A program made the translations under genes and the position numbers. From the IMG/VR virus record IMGVR_UViG_3300029258_004380, positions 3,558 through 67,557 of that record: a DNA stretch of 64,000 bases; one strand, 5' to 3'. This DNA comes from a virus. Positions 38,513 to 46,980 of the stretch are shown here, piece by piece. Numbering within the stretch: the stretch's first letter is position 1; every line of letters begins with the position of its first letter. Under the pieces are notes generated by a model. That model saw nothing but the letters and a program-made list of their open reading frames with translations. It ran no database searches and had not been told where the DNA came from.

Positions 38513-39537
38513 ACCCTCAGCGCCAATATGTGTGCAAACCCGTCTTCACCAAACCAGAGCGAGCGAGGATTCTCGGTCATCACGTCGGCGAGATTTCCGG
38601 CGGGAGTCTGCTTCAGCGCGGCAACCAGCCACCCGGCGTCCACCTGAATGTCGAACTCTCCGGCAAAATCCCACGGCAGCGTCTCTTCGGACTGGCCGAT
38701 CTCCTTCTTGACACAAGAGACAGTGAGTTGCCCAGCCCGTTGCGACAGCCGCACCGCCCGCTGTTGCGCAGCGGACGGCGTCACACTGTGCACACGCTGC
38801 ACGACCACCGCCAGTTCATCCGGCCACCTGCAGTTCCACTGCAGGTCGCGGCGGGCCTCGAACAGTCCGGCCAGGGCGGCAGAGGGAAACTCTGCCGCCT
38901 GCAACGCGCAGACCACCGCCGTGCCCGTCTGGGGATACATCGCCACCAGCACCGCGCCGTTGGTAAGCACCTTGCTGGGGCTACCCAGCGCCACCAGTTG
39001 CGAAACCGCTTGGCGGGGGACTGCCACCTCGCCGTCGGCCGGGCGCTGCAGGCGGACGCGAACAAAGCGATTGCCGTCGGTCGCGTAGACCCACTCGCCG
39101 CAGACCCCCACCCCGTGTAGGACCGGTTGTCCGGGGGCCTCGGCGGTCAGCTGCGCGGCGGTCTTCATCGCTGGGACCAGATCGGGTGACTCGCACAGCA
39201 GCCAGGTGTTCTCAGGCAGAAAACGGGGAAAGGCCGCCGGGTCGGTGGTGTTCAGGCGGGTGGTGTTGCCGCCGCTTTTCAGCCGCAGCAGGTTGCCCTC
39301 CACAGCGATCTCGATCGGCCCGCCCATCTGTGAGACCACCCGGTAAAGCGGCCCAGCAGGCACGCAGAAATCGCAGTCGATCCCGCAGCTAGTGGCCACG
39401 CCCAATAGCTGGTTGTAGCCCAACAGCAGCCCGTCGCGCTGGCAGAGATTCCGCAACATCGCCACCGGATGGTTCTTGTCCACCACACGGCGGACGCGGG
39501 AGATAGCCGTCAGAAAATCCTGTTGCAAAACCTGCAT
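38509..39537 (-). CDS. dnaN: DNA polymerase III beta-like sliding clamp
   Basis: 342 aa; FPRF, LHGV, YATDGNR, EFP, IGQSEE motifs. Confidence 0.8.
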   Translation of the reverse strand: MQVLQQDFLTAISRVRRVVDKNHPVAMLRNLCQRDGLLLGYNQLLGVATSCGIDCDFCVPAGPLYRVVSQMGGPIEIAVEGNLLRLKSGGNTTRLNTTDPAAFPRFLPENTWLLCESPDLVPAMKTAAQLTAEAPGQPVLHGVGVCGEWVYATDGNRFVRVRLQRPADGEVAVPRQAVSQLVALGSPSKVLTNGAVLVAMYPQTGTAVVCALQAAEFPSAALAGLFEARRDLQWNCRWPDELAVVVQRVHSVTPSAAQQRAVRLSQRAGQLTVSCVKKEIGQSEETLPWDFAGEFDIQVDAGWLVAALKQTPAGNLADVMTENPRSLWFGEDGFAHILALRV

Positions 39538-39539
39538 GC

Positions 39540-39875
39540 TCACCACTCGATCCCCAAACGGTCCAGGGCATCTTTGACCTCGCTCACGGTGGCCATGTCT
39601 GGGGCACCGTAGTAGGTAACCCTCGTAGGTCCGGCCAGAACCACATCGCGGATTAGCCGCAGCCCGGAGTTCTTGCAAATCTTGCGGCTGCGAGATGAAA
39701 TCTGCAGTCGGTCCACCGGCAATGCCAGCAGGTCTTCCGAGGGGCGCACGAAGGCGTGCTCTCCACAAGTGTCCTCGCGGAACTTTTCCTCCTCGCGGGG
39801 AAAGCGGCGGCAGATTCCGGCAGGCTCGTCAAAGTCCCGAAAATGTCGGCAGTTGCGGCAAAAACGGTTAGCCAT
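39540..39875 (-). CDS. Cys-rich domain plus RNA polymerase alpha-CTD-like domain
   Basis: CRNCRH...C..FP...CGEH; LLALPVDRLQISSRSRKIC..SGL..IRDVV...EVKDAL.RLG. Confidence 0.7.
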   Translation of the reverse strand: MANRFCRNCRHFRDFDEPAGICRRFPREEEKFREDTCGEHAFVRPSEDLLALPVDRLQISSRSRKICKNSGLRLIRDVVLAGPTRVTYYGAPDMATVSEVKDALDRLGIEW

Positions 39876-40512
39876 CGACCAAGGCCCCCACCTCACGGCA
39901 GAAATCGCGGAGTTGTTCGGAAGTAATCGTCTTGGCAACCCGTCGGTAGTATTGCGTCCGAATCATCCGTCGCACTTGATAAAGCAGAAGGCTGCGCCGC
40001 GGCAAGCGGACGAAATTCTCCAACGTCCGCCGAGCTTGCGGAGAAAGCCGGCAGAGAATTTCGTCAGCCCAGCAGCGGTCGGGTGCCGTCGTCTTCCGCA
40101 CCAGGAGGTGCTGCTCCCCGAGAGCATCCTCCAGAGACCTGCCGGCAGATTTGGGCCGACCACCATCCGACCGACACAGACGACTGAAGTGCGTCACTTT
40201 CTGCGGCGCGGGACACCGCCTGCTCGACCACCGGAACTTCACCTCTCTGAGCGAGCAGATTTCCAGATGTCGGTAGAGAAAAGTGAAGAAACCCACACCC
40301 TTCCCGGCGTCGAACCGCTTTGCCGCCTCAAGAGCACACAAGCGTAAGTCGGCAAAGAGGTCCTCCTGCTGGTCCTGCAGCGAGAGCCCATATTTGGGCA
40401 GTCTCGGCAAGACACGTTTTACACAACGCCAAATGTAGTCGTCGTACTTTCCTTCAGCAATTTCCTGCCTCGCCTGCTCCTCACTCCACTCAGTCTCTAC
40501 TGTCGTGGCCAT
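39868..40512 (-). CDS. divergent sigma-70-like factor
   Basis: EDLF.DL.LCALEAAKRFDAGKGVGFFTFLY (region 2); LSPQAR (region 4 start). Confidence 0.65.
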   Translation of the reverse strand: MATTVETEWSEEQARQEIAEGKYDDYIWRCVKRVLPRLPKYGLSLQDQQEDLFADLRLCALEAAKRFDAGKGVGFFTFLYRHLEICSLREVKFRWSSRRCPAPQKVTHFSRLCRSDGGRPKSAGRSLEDALGEQHLLVRKTTAPDRCWADEILCRLSPQARRTLENFVRLPRRSLLLYQVRRMIRTQYYRRVAKTITSEQLRDFCREVGALVDG

Positions 40513-40540
40513 AAGCAATGCTCCTCGCCTCGTTTCTGGG

Positions 40541-40789
40541 CTAATCGAGATAGCCGTACGTCTCCAAAATCATCGTCACCCCACTGCGGATTACCGCCGC
40601 GCGGGAGGGAAAGTCACCAGAATGCTCGGTGATCAAGCGGTCCAGCAGATCAAGCATCTTGGGGGTCAGCCCCACCGAGAGCCGCTGCTGCTTTTGGCCG
40701 TCCAGCGGCGGGCGACCGGCGCGTTTGGAGGGCAGTGGAAAAGGCGGAGGCGGCGGATCAGTTGGAAAACTCAACTTGGGGACAGCCAT
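40541..40789 (-). CDS. ribbon-helix-helix (CopG-like) regulator
   Basis: GRPP...RLSVGL...LDLLD...SRAAVIR; TGATG coupling. Confidence 0.75.
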   Translation of the reverse strand: MAVPKLSFPTDPPPPPFPLPSKRAGRPPLDGQKQQRLSVGLTPKMLDLLDRLITEHSGDFPSRAAVIRSGVTMILETYGYLD

Positions 40790-41676
40790 CAGAACCTCAT
40801 CTCCTCCAACAAGCTCTGCAGTTCCCACTCGCGGCAGAAGGCCACAAACGCCCTCAGGTCCCGGCGCCGGGAGTGGCGGCTCTGCTGGACAAACTCATAA
40901 CACTCCGCGCCGTCGTAGGGCGTCTGGCCGAGATCGCGGGGCAGACGCATCAGTTCGAGGTTTCTCAGCACCAGATCGTGCTGCTTGGAAACCACCTCGC
41001 CCCAGTGGTCGGCCTGCTTGATCGCCTTCTGGTCGCTGAGATTGGCAGGTCCGTTGACCACCAGCCGCGCCCGCTTGATCCCCACACTGCGCACGCCAGC
41101 GATGGCGTCGGCGGAATCGCCGACGATCGCTCGCAGGCGAAGAATCTTATCGGCCGAGTCCACCTCCCACTGCGATAGCACGTCGGTGTGTGAGAGCCAG
41201 CCGCGGCGGGAGTCGTAAATGGAGATCCGCGGCGAGACCAGCTGATGAAAGTCCTTGTCGCCGGAAAAGATCACCACCGGCCGAGGCGTGCTGTGGGCCA
41301 ACACCGAGATCCAGTCGTCGGCCTCAGTGCCGCGAATGCGGATGCTGCGACAGCCCAGCGTGGCCAAGCCCCAACGCAGCGCGCGGATCTGGTTGACGTA
41401 GGCCAGCTGCTCGGCCCGCTGCTGGTCGCTGGGATTCTCAGGCACCCGGCCCGACTTGTACTCGGGGAAGAGTTCCAGACGCCGGCGAGCCTTGCCGCCG
41501 TCCCAAACCACGGTGGTCTGCGAAGCGCTCGCGCGCAATTCGCCGGCCGTAAAGGCAAGCCCCTTTAAGAAGCCATAGACGACGCCCGAGGGACGGCCGT
41601 CGGAGGTGCACAGATCGGCAACCTTGGAGTACCGGCAGCGGGCAGCGAGATGATTGCCGTCGACGAGGAGTTCCAT
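40789..41676 (-). CDS. 5'-3' exonuclease (FEN / T4 RNase H-like)
   Basis: LLVDGN, VVWDG, YK..R, EADD, SGDKDF.QL, GD.AD.I.GV..VG.K. Confidence 0.92.
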   Translation of the reverse strand: MELLVDGNHLAARCRYSKVADLCTSDGRPSGVVYGFLKGLAFTAGELRASASQTTVVWDGGKARRRLELFPEYKSGRVPENPSDQQRAEQLAYVNQIRALRWGLATLGCRSIRIRGTEADDWISVLAHSTPRPVVIFSGDKDFHQLVSPRISIYDSRRGWLSHTDVLSQWEVDSADKILRLRAIVGDSADAIAGVRSVGIKRARLVVNGPANLSDQKAIKQADHWGEVVSKQHDLVLRNLELMRLPRDLGQTPYDGAECYEFVQQSRHSRRRDLRAFVAFCREWELQSLLEEMRF

Positions 41677-41742
41677 CTGCTAAGCGGGTTCCCGTCGGTC
41701 CTGAGGTGGTTAATCCATTAGTAAACTCACCGTGCAAGTCCT

Positions 41743-41771
41743 AGCATAATGTATTGTGAAATGGATTGCAA
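41743..41771 (-). promoter_or_regulatory. sigma70-type promoter containing an operator-like motif
   Basis: TTGCAA-N17-TATGCT; spacer motif shared with 62482-62501. Confidence 0.65.
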
Positions 41772-41777
41772 GCGCAA

Positions 41778-42743
41778 TTACTGCCCAATTCGCAAAAAAT
41801 CCGAAATTCCCCCCACCGGAACCGCGTGAGCGACCAGATCCCAACACTTCTGGTAACCTAGCGAGTTTGGGTCGTCCCCGGAGGGGATCTCAGCGACGTA
41901 GTTGGTGAACATCGTGCCGGTCATCTGCAGTGCGGCCCGCCGCTGCTTGGCGGCAGCGTCGGGGTCGAGCATCCAAACCAGCCGCCTGACGCCCCGCCGC
42001 TTTCTGAGTTCCAGCAGCTGGACGAGCTGGCCGGGGTGGAGCACGCTGCCAAAGATTCCCGCCGCGTTGGTCCGCAAAGTTTCGGCGTCAAAGATCGATT
42101 CGGTGATCACCACAAAGTCCTGAGAGAGGTCCCAGGCAGGTGTGCAGTAGATCGTCACACCAGTGGGAAACATCGACAGTGACTTGGTGGGATGTTTTAG
42201 AAAACTCTTAGCCTCAAAACCGACCAGCTGGTCGTCGAGATCGCGGACCGGCAATATCCAGCGGTCGGCGTACTTGCCCTCCACGCAAAGGTAGATCCGC
42301 CCCTGCATATGCTCCAGCCCGCGTCGGCGGAGAACCTCGCGAGAGGGATGCTCGTCGTACGCCTCGTCAAGTGGGATCGCCTCCTGCGGGATAGAAATCT
42401 GTTTCTGTTTGGGCAACCTCTCCGACGAGATCCCATCGGGGTAGTCGGCCAACTCCAGCACCCGCTCGATGGCCTCCCGATGGGAGATCCCTTCAACTAG
42501 AGAGATCAGGTCCAGCAGCCCCCCGCGCCCCGACCACGTCTGTCCCCCGTGATCGCCGTGGTCGCAGCGGTAGCAGCGGCAGTTGCGGAACTGTTGGTTA
42601 ATCTCCAAGGTGTCACGACCACCGCAATGGGGACAGTCTGCGCGAACCTTCTCGCGGGAGAGATCGCCGGTCTTCAGCCCCGACTCTACCAGCCAGCGAC
42701 GAATGGGAAATTCTTTGATCGCCTGTTTGAAATCAGTGGGCAT
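41778..42743 (-). CDS. DNA primase
   Basis: CPHC...CYRC zinc finger; TESIFDA, LDPDA, DPN (TOPRIM). Confidence 0.9.
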   Translation of the reverse strand: MPTDFKQAIKEFPIRRWLVESGLKTGDLSREKVRADCPHCGGRDTLEINQQFRNCRCYRCDHGDHGGQTWSGRGGLLDLISLVEGISHREAIERVLELADYPDGISSERLPKQKQISIPQEAIPLDEAYDEHPSREVLRRRGLEHMQGRIYLCVEGKYADRWILPVRDLDDQLVGFEAKSFLKHPTKSLSMFPTGVTIYCTPAWDLSQDFVVITESIFDAETLRTNAAGIFGSVLHPGQLVQLLELRKRRGVRRLVWMLDPDAAAKQRRAALQMTGTMFTNYVAEIPSGDDPNSLGYQKCWDLVAHAVPVGGISDFLRIGQ

Positions 42744-42744
42744 T

Positions 42745-43006
42745 GGACGTCACCGCGGCGGGTTGACCACCACCAGTATCTTGTTGGACCTCACCGGCCT
42801 AAGATCGACCCCTCCACGTAGAGGCTGTTTTCGGGCATCTCGTTGCTATCACACGCGTTGACCACATTGGGGTGGAAGATCAGCCGATCGTAGGTCCAGC
42901 CCAAGAGCCTCGCAGCCGCGTTGGCATGCCCGCCGATCTCGGCGCCGATGCCGGCAGGCACGATCATCACCACGTTGAAATTAGTATCTGTCGATACACA
43001 CGTCAT
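42745..43006 (-). pseudogene. DUF3326 remnant
   Basis: IVPAGIGAEIGGHA..HPNVVNA.D.NEMPENSLYVEGSIL, then a frameshift to RPVRSNKILVVVN and truncation. Confidence 0.7.
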
Positions 43007-43373
43007 TGACGATCTCTCCCCCAAACCACGAAACCACGAACTGGCGGACCGCCTGCGGATCGAAATCTTTGCAGATAAATACGTTCAGACGCACCGCCTC
43101 TTGAAATTCTAGGGTGTGGATGGTGATGTTCGAGGTGTGGGTAAACTGCACGGCAGCGGTGCCTTTCAGGTGCGGCTCGGTCTCCCACTGCCACGGCAGA
43201 GCCAGAAAGTCGTCCCGCCAGTAGAGCGGACCACGAACCATATCAATCCGCTCGCAGAGTTCCCGCATAAACCGCTTGATGCTACGGTAGGTAAAGGTCT
43301 TGGGATCACAGCCGTGCAGGTCGAGGATGAGTTCTTTGCCGTAGGTCGGCAGTGTTGTTTCTTGTTGAGTCAT
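42981..43373 (-). CDS. speD: S-adenosylmethionine decarboxylase-like protein
   Basis: YGKELILDLHGC, G..AVQF..TSNITIHT, NVFICK.FD. Confidence 0.8.
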   Translation of the reverse strand: MTQQETTLPTYGKELILDLHGCDPKTFTYRSIKRFMRELCERIDMVRGPLYWRDDFLALPWQWETEPHLKGTAAVQFTHTSNITIHTLEFQEAVRLNVFICKDFDPQAVRQFVVSWFGGEIVNDVCIDRY

Positions 43374-43385
43374 TACGTACCCCTG

Positions 43386-43598
43386 TCAGTGTGGGGAGTC
43401 CCGTTCGCCGCGTTTCCAGGCAACAAAATCGCGGTAGCCCTCCTTTAACTCCTTGCGGTGCAAACGGCAAAACGCAGCCAGTTCGTCGTAAGTGATCTGA
43501 TCGTCCTGGGGAAACCCGACGACGGCCAGAACAATCGGTTTTCAGGGAAACCGGCAGTCATCGTCGGCCCAGTTGTCGACCTCTTTCCAGTCAGTCAT
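43386..43598 (-). pseudogene. ORF with in-frame TGA at 43542-43544
   Basis: GAGGAG RBS; 71 codons filling the gap. Confidence 0.6.
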
Positions 43599-43812
43599 CG
43601 TGTGTCTCCTCCTCTGCTGCCTTTCGCCGATTGAGAGAAATCTGCCAAAACGACAACCCTACAACAGCCAGCGATAGCCCCATCGCGGCCAGCAGAATTG
43701 CCCCGCCAGACTCTCCGAGAATGGTAAACACGCCATACGCCACACAGCCAGCCAGTATGCCTAAAGCCAGCAAGCAGCGGGCGCCAGTTTCGTCGCTCAT
43801 CTGAGATTTCAT
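43591..43812 (-). CDS. small two-TM membrane protein
   Basis: Two hydrophobic segments; ATGA coupling. Confidence 0.65.
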   Translation of the reverse strand: MKSQMSDETGARCLLALGILAGCVAYGVFTILGESGGAILLAAMGLSLAVVGLSFWQISLNRRKAAEEETHDD

Positions 43813-44300
43813 ACAAAGAGTCCCTCCGGTTGCAATCTCGTCGGCACAGTCTCCAGATCCGGTAGCAAGAAAATGCCGGAGAACCAGAGAATGACGTGGA
43901 CTGAAAGACCACAAACCTGTCGCTCGCAGCCTTTAGCCAGGAATATGCTGGTGTTAAAAGAGTGAGGCCCGGCGCGGAGTGGTTCGTCTTTGAGGTGGGC
44001 AAAGTTCTCCGGGCCCAGTACCGCGTGTTTTGCCTCGCCCGAGTAGATCAGTTCGATGTTCTGCTGGCTTTGAAGGAGCACCTCGCGGACGGAGTCGTGA
44101 GAGATCGTCGCCCGGCGGTAGAACTCCTCCACCGGGTAGTGCTCCACGGAGAGCGCCCGCCACAAGCAGCGGAGAGACATCGCCCACAGCCACCTCAGCA
44201 GGTCCATCCAGCCGCTATCCAGACAGTCCTTGACGTACTCCCACTCCTTGCCAAAAATCTCCGGGACGCAGAGGGGGATACTTTCCTGTGAGACCATCAA
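43809..44300 (-). CDS. LegC/DegT aminotransferase N-terminal stub fused to a hypothetical protein
   Basis: IPLCVPEIFGKEWEYVKDCLDSGW followed by unrelated sequence. Confidence 0.7.
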   Translation of the reverse strand: MMVSQESIPLCVPEIFGKEWEYVKDCLDSGWMDLLRWLWAMSLRCLWRALSVEHYPVEEFYRRATISHDSVREVLLQSQQNIELIYSGEAKHAVLGPENFAHLKDEPLRAGPHSFNTSIFLAKGCERQVCGLSVHVILWFSGIFLLPDLETVPTRLQPEGLFV

Positions 44301-45232
44301 ACAACCCCCTTGTCGGTTAGTTCGTGCAGTTCGCGGATGCCCCCAGCAACGGTGTGAACAGTGGTGTAGCCGAGCTTCTCGTTGATCTTACGGAAAGAGA
44401 CCCGGTAGTCGCGGGGGTCCTCGTCGCGGTGGATAAAGTCGACGCGGACGCCGGGGGTCAGCGGGCGGATCATCTCGACGATCCCCCGCTTGCGGAAATT
44501 CTCCTCGGTGGCCCCCACGCCAAATACCTGACGCAAGACCGTCACCGGAGGCGATTGCAATACCTTGACGATTGCCCGGCCCACATCCACCACATGCACG
44601 TAGGGCCGCCAGAACTGCTGACCAAAGACATCCAGCTTGCCGGTGCAAACCATCTCACGGACGAACTGATTGACCGTCAGGTCCCATCGCATCCTCGGCG
44701 AGGTGCCGTAAACGGTAGCCAGCCTAAGACTGGTGCAGCAGATGTTGTCGGAGCGGGTGTGTAGGAGGATCTTTTCAGACAGCACCTTGGTCTTGGCGTA
44801 CAGCGACACCGGGTGCAGCGGCGAATTCTCGTCAACATAGCCATCGGAGTTCTCCATCTTGCCGTAATTGCTGCAAGTGGAGGCAAAGACAAACCTTGAG
44901 ATGCCGCGCGCCTTGGCTGCCGTCAACAACGCCGAAACGGCGTTGAGGTTCGTGGCCACGGCCAGTTCTGGCCGGCTGGCGCATGCCGGATCGCCCACGA
45001 TCGCCGCCAGGTGCACCACTGCCTCGCAGCCGGAGACGGCCTCGTCCACGCACTCTCGGTTGCAGATGTCTCCGTGGACAAACTGGAAATCCCTGTGGGG
45101 CCAAACGCCCAGCAGCCCCTGCCCGCCGAAGGTGAGGTTATCCAGCACCCTCACAGCATGCCCAGCCGCAAGCAACTGCGGCACCAGCGCAGAGCCGATA
45201 TACCCAGCCCCTCCGGTCACCAAAACTCTCAT
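44297..45232 (-). CDS. NAD-dependent nucleotide-sugar epimerase/dehydratase
   Basis: TGGAGYIG, HLAAIVGDPAC, ASTCSNYG, YAKTK. Confidence 0.92.
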   Translation of the reverse strand: MRVLVTGGAGYIGSALVPQLLAAGHAVRVLDNLTFGGQGLLGVWPHRDFQFVHGDICNRECVDEAVSGCEAVVHLAAIVGDPACASRPELAVATNLNAVSALLTAAKARGISRFVFASTCSNYGKMENSDGYVDENSPLHPVSLYAKTKVLSEKILLHTRSDNICCTSLRLATVYGTSPRMRWDLTVNQFVREMVCTGKLDVFGQQFWRPYVHVVDVGRAIVKVLQSPPVTVLRQVFGVGATEENFRKRGIVEMIRPLTPGVRVDFIHRDEDPRDYRVSFRKINEKLGYTTVHTVAGGIRELHELTDKGVV

Positions 45233-45234
45233 AA

Positions 45235-46302
45235 CTACTCGCCTTTCTCCGCGTCTCGTTGCGCGTTCCGGTAGTCCTCCACAGTCCCTACATCCATCCA
45301 GTATTCGATAATTGGAAAGCTGCAGATCGTCATTCCGCTACCCAGCAGCCGCAAAATCAGGTCCGGCATATCAATCTGCTCACCCGCCGCGATGTGCTCG
45401 TAGACCACCGGCTCCAGCAGGTAGATCCCGGCGCTCACCGAGAGCGTCAGCGAGGGTTTTTCCGATATCCCCGTCACCAGCCCGTTCTCGATCTCCACCA
45501 CACCATAGGGCACCCGAAAATCAAACTGACGAACGCCCAGAGTGAGATCCGCCTGCTGCTCGCGGTGGTAAGCAAACAGGGCCTCGAAGCTCAGATTGGT
45601 ATGGATGTCGCCGTTTACCACCAGCGTGGTACAAGCGGGCGGCGGGTTGAGCGTACCCAAAGAGCCGGCGGTACCCAGCGGCAAACCCTCGGTGGTGTAT
45701 TGAATCTCCAGACCAAAGTCTCGGCCGTCGCCAAAATGTTCGGTGATCTGCTCGGCCAGGTATCCGGTGCTAATCGTCATCCGCCGCACACCGGCGTTCT
45801 GCAACTTGCGGACCAGATGCTCAATCAGCGGGCGGTCGCCCACCGGAAGCATTGGTTTTGGCGTGTCCTCGGTTAGTGGACGCAGCCTAGAGCCCCGCCC
45901 CCCGGCCATCACCACTGCGTGCACTGGAGGAGGTTCGTCCGGCAGCAGTTCGTCCAGACGGACAACCCCCACGACCACCCCAGCATCATTCACTAACGGC
46001 AGGTGCTTTAGTTGGGCAGCGTGCATGATCCGCGAGAGCATGGCCTTCGGAGCGTCGGCAGGGGCGGTCACCGTAGGTGCGGGAATCTTGCCCGCCCGGC
46101 GCAACAGCAACGCACCGACTGGGCTGTCCAGCCCCATACCCTCCAGCACAGCCCGGCGGATGTCCCCGTCGGTCGCCGTCCCCACCAGAGCTCCGCCTGC
46201 GACCACCAGGGCGATCCCTTTGGCTCCCCGGTCGATCACCTCCAGCACCTCGTAGAGGGTCTGCTCGGGGGCAACAAAGAATTCATCGCAGGCAGCGTTC
46301 AT
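45235..46302 (-). CDS. CBS plus sugar-phosphate nucleotidyltransferase (LegX/PtmE-like)
   Basis: TDGDIRR (CBS); MAGGRGSRLRPLTEDTPKPML, PLGTAG, NGD, YWMDVG. Confidence 0.9.
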   Translation of the reverse strand: MNAACDEFFVAPEQTLYEVLEVIDRGAKGIALVVAGGALVGTATDGDIRRAVLEGMGLDSPVGALLLRRAGKIPAPTVTAPADAPKAMLSRIMHAAQLKHLPLVNDAGVVVGVVRLDELLPDEPPPVHAVVMAGGRGSRLRPLTEDTPKPMLPVGDRPLIEHLVRKLQNAGVRRMTISTGYLAEQITEHFGDGRDFGLEIQYTTEGLPLGTAGSLGTLNPPPACTTLVVNGDIHTNLSFEALFAYHREQQADLTLGVRQFDFRVPYGVVEIENGLVTGISEKPSLTLSVSAGIYLLEPVVYEHIAAGEQIDMPDLILRLLGSGMTICSFPIIEYWMDVGTVEDYRNAQRDAEKGE

Positions 46303-46306
46303 GCAG

Positions 46307-46975
46307 CTAGCTCCTGTGAAAGTCTCGGGCGGGAAACTGGCGACCCTTGGCACCCACCGCCACCGTGTTGTCAGGAACATCGCGGTAGACGGCCATCCCC
46401 GCGCCGATAATCGCGCCGCTGCCGATCGAGACCCCCGGCCGTACGCTAACCCCGGCGCCGATCGCCGCGCAGGCGCCCACCACCACACCGCCCGCCATGC
46501 TCACACCGGTGGCCACAGTAGCAAAATCACCCAGCACGCAGTCGTGCTCAACGATCGCCCCAGTATTGACAACCACGCCCTGGCCGAGCTTGGCCCGCGA
46601 GTGGACCACTGAGTAGGGCATACACTGGCAGCCAAGCCCGCAGTCGGCCGAGGACGACACCACCGCCGTAGGGTGTCTTACGGTGACCGGGTGGAGCTGT
46701 TGGCCACAGGCCAGCTCAAAGAGTTCTCTCCGCAGCAGAGAATTGCCCGCCGCAGCGATAAAGCTGTCCACCCCCTCGGCCACGAGTCCCGGCAAGAGTT
46801 TGTCGGTGCCTCGGATGGGCACGCCCAGCAACCGATCACCGACACGGTCAGCGTCATCACAGAGGATCGCCCGCAGCAGATCGCTGCCAGGGGCCTGGGC
46901 CCGCAAACATTCGATCAACACGGCGGCGTGGCCGCCTGCGCCGAACATCACGCAGTATTTCTTACCACAGAACAT
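46307..46975 (-). CDS. NeuD/PglD/LegH-family acetyltransferase
   Basis: GAGGHA, HP.A, NTGAIVEHDC, hexapeptide repeats. Confidence 0.9.
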   Translation of the reverse strand: MFCGKKYCVMFGAGGHAAVLIECLRAQAPGSDLLRAILCDDADRVGDRLLGVPIRGTDKLLPGLVAEGVDSFIAAAGNSLLRRELFELACGQQLHPVTVRHPTAVVSSSADCGLGCQCMPYSVVHSRAKLGQGVVVNTGAIVEHDCVLGDFATVATGVSMAGGVVVGACAAIGAGVSVRPGVSIGSGAIIGAGMAVYRDVPDNTVAVGAKGRQFPARDFHRS

Positions 46976-46980
46976 CTTGG

